Shown piece by piece: positions 62,044-64,000 of a stretch of 64,000 bases of DNA; the stretch's first letter is position 1; the number at the start of each line of letters is the position of its first letter. The stretch is from an uncultured Clostridia bacterium (GTDB lineage: Bacteria > Bacillota > Clostridia > Christensenellales > UBA1242), in NCBI GenBank assembly GCA_947629505.1, contig CANRDW010000002.1, positions 150-64,149 of the forward strand. Reading direction: 5' to 3'. The position numbers and the translations under genes were made by a program. The notes beneath the pieces are model-generated. The model was not told the origin of the DNA and made no database searches. It worked only from the letters and a program-made list of their open reading frames with translations.

Positions 62044-64000
62044 TGCAACCATCAGGCAAAGGGACTTCTAGTTCAGACCCATATTGCATTACACGTCCTG
62101 AAGAATTGGCGTATATTCAAAGGGCGGTCTCTAGAAAACCAACATATTACGTTTTAGAGACAAATATTGATTTGTCTGATAATGAATGGATGCCAATTCA
62201 AATTGATGTAAGAGACACCAGCTTAGGGGCGATTTATTTTAATGGAAATGGTTTTGTAATAAGCGGAATGAATTGCCACCAAAGAACAAGTTTAGGGGTT
62301 GGTTTGTTTGCCGGGCTTCCAGCAGGCTCTCAGATTTCAAATGTGTTTATTTCATCTTCTGAAATTGATGTGAGACAAAGTGGTGAATTTAATTGTGGCT
62401 TTATTGCTGGGACGGTTGGCAATTCTTGTCAGTTTTTAAACTGTGGGGTTGTAGATTCCACTTTGACATTGTTAAGCAATACAAATAATGAGGGAGTTGG
62501 CGGCTTAATTGGAAGCACAGGGACCGAAACATATATGGATCAGTGCTTTACTCATAATGTGACTTTTAGTTTTGTTGTAAATAATAGTTGCAATATTGGA
62601 GGGATTGCGGGACTTTTTGAAGGGCGCATGTACAACTGTTATTCCAGGTTGAGATTTGCTACAACTCCCTTAACGTGTAGTGCGTTTGGAGGTCTTGTTG
62701 GAGCAACAGCAAGTGGTGGAGTGATGATAATCAACAGCTATGCCTTTTTTGATATAGGAGATGCTTATGAAACAAGTAATGGGATAAACTATAGAATAAA
62801 AAACCTTGGCTTTTCAGGTGGATTAATTGGGGATATAACAACAGCAATGACTGCAACCTCTTGTGATGTTATTTTTTGGCAAAGCAGTTTATATACAAAT
62901 ATTTTTGCACCAAGTGGATTTGCAGGTAATAATGGGTCTTTTATGGAATGCAGAATATGTTATGTTAATGGAACAACAGAACAAGATATTATTAGTTCTC
63001 GTGGTTATACTCCACCTTCTAATTGGGATTTAAATAACAAACCCCAGGGGGATTATAATTCTGTTTGGGGTTTTGGTTCAAACGCCTTTGGATTGCCTAG
63101 GCTTTGCAAGAGTTTAATGAATAGAGGAAATGGTACATCTTCAAATGTATCCAATGTTGTATTGCGTAAAAAAAAATATGATGGTTGTTATGATTCAGTT
63201 ATGGGATATATTAGAGGACAGAATGTCGAGGTGTGTTTTGAGCCTTCTCAATCTAATGCAAAATTTAAGTCTTTAACAGTTGAAACGCTAGACTTATTGA
63301 GTGATTATGATCCATATTATAGAAAAGTTTATGACACGTGTCAAACAGATTCATCAGGGTTTTATGTTGAATCTGTGATGATTCCTGGATCATATATATA
63401 TTCTTCATATAAAAATGATATACCTGAACCAAATTATGTCTATACAATTAATATTGAAGTGGAAATTCCAATAACAACATTGAGATGTGTTTGGGAAGAC
63501 AGACGCGCACCATCTTATACATCTACAAGCCTCAGTTTGTCAGTTGGCACAGAATCTAGGACACTCACAGCGGTTAGAGATTCATATTCTTTCTCTTCAA
63601 CAAGTTTTTCAACATCAACAGTTGCATGCACGGCAACTTTTAGCAGTACAAACCAGCAGGTCGCTGTTTACATTGGCACTTCAAATAGCCTTGATGCAGC
63701 AGGGGCATCTGCAACTATAGGCAACAAAGCAACATACACATGGGACAAGACAAGTAATGTGACACTTTATATATTTGTTTTTCAAACTTATACAGTTACT
63801 TTCCGCGCAGGTAATGGAGTGGGGGCAACTTTCTCACAAAGAAAACTTTGTGATGTGACTTTGTATCTACCAGACAGCACATTTACAAGAGAGGGTTACA
63901 CTCAAAACGGGTGGAATACAAACACGGCAGGAACAGGCACGCACTATGATGTTTGGGGCCGTTACACAACAAATGCGGCAACAACTTTTTATGCTGAATG
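62040..64000 (+). CDS. GLUG-motif / List-Bact-repeat surface protein (3' end outside window), not in the ORF track
   Basis: I translated the frame by hand and it is open from 61953 to the window end. MMQPSGKGTSSSDPYCITRPEELAYIQ...TNIDLSDNEW...FNGNGFVISG head. GLUG motifs VGGLIGSTG, IGGIAGLFEG, FGGLVGATA, SGGLIGDIT. The terminal YTVTFRAGNGV...FTREGYTQNGWNT is Flg_new-like. Confidence 0.8.
   Translation, partial: MMQPSGKGTSSSDPYCITRPEELAYIQRAVSRKPTYYVLETNIDLSDNEWMPIQIDVRDTSLGAIYFNGNGFVISGMNCHQRTSLGVGLFAGLPAGSQISNVFISSSEIDVRQSGEFNCGFIAGTVGNSCQFLNCGVVDSTLTLLSNTNNEGVGGLIGSTGTETYMDQCFTHNVTFSFVVNNSCNIGGIAGLFEGRMYNCYSRLRFATTPLTCSAFGGLVGATASGGVMIINSYAFFDIGDAYETSNGINYRIKNLGFSGGLIGDITTAMTATSCDVIFWQSSLYTNIFAPSGFAGNNGSFMECRICYVNGTTEQDIISSRGYTPPSNWDLNNKPQGDYNSVWGFGSNAFGLPRLCKSLMNRGNGTSSNVSNVVLRKKKYDGCYDSVMGYIRGQNVEVCFEPSQSNAKFKSLTVETLDLLSDYDPYYRKVYDTCQTDSSGFYVESVMIPGSYIYSSYKNDIPEPNYVYTINIEVEIPITTLRCVWEDRRAPSYTSTSLSLSVGTESRTLTAVRDSYSFSSTSFSTSTVACTATFSSTNQQVAVYIGTSNSLDAAGASATIGNKATYTWDKTSNVTLYIFVFQTYTVTFRAGNGVGATFSQRKLCDVTLYLPDSTFTREGYTQNGWNTNTAGTGTHYDVWGRYTTNAATTFYAE

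Noticed and set aside
63265-63720. ORFs 63265-63447 (-) and 63487-63720 (+)
   Set aside because: They sit inside the long open frame 62040-64000, which has clear GLUG and Flg_new motifs. They are shadow ORFs.

Overview
AT-rich chromosomal segment from an endospore-forming Firmicute, probably Clostridia-like (spo0A, spoIIID, an M23/SpoIIQ-like gene, glmU-like/pth/mfd synteny). All calls were made by eye from the sequence and the ORF track, with no database search. There are three blocks. (1) 1-3.6 kb holds host genes: the 3' end of a surface-protein gene, REP-like repeats, a spo0A whose receiver domain has Glu at the phospho-acceptor position, a List-Bact-repeat surface protein and tRNA-Val. 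(2) 3,636-23,328 is a ~19.7 kb element integrated into the 3' half of tRNA-Val and bounded by an exact 47-bp direct repeat. It carries a tyrosine integrase, an XRE repressor operon with DUF3800 cargo, a DnaC-like loader and a Zot/pI-like P-loop ATPase. It also carries an ~8 kb run of N-terminally membrane-anchored proteins, two extremely basic small proteins and a Panacea-antitoxin/YoeB-toxin pair. I could not recognise any terminase, portal, capsid, tail or conjugation gene, so this is the best candidate for an undescribed mobile element or non-tailed virus. (3) 23.3-64 kb holds host genes: tRNA-Pro, ttcA-like, yjzC-like, yigZ, recX, acpS, mazEF, DUF421/DUF4363, pth, mfd, a lipoprotein, an LPG-synthase-like protein, M23, acpP, spoIIID and radC. 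This block is dominated by one 20,028-nt gene for a 6,675-aa lipoprotein built from Ig-like and GLUG-type beta-helix modules. It is followed by a second GLUG/List-Bact surface-protein gene that is split from its signal peptide by a G8 tract and runs off the window end. Several structured intergenic repeats and candidate small RNAs are also reported.
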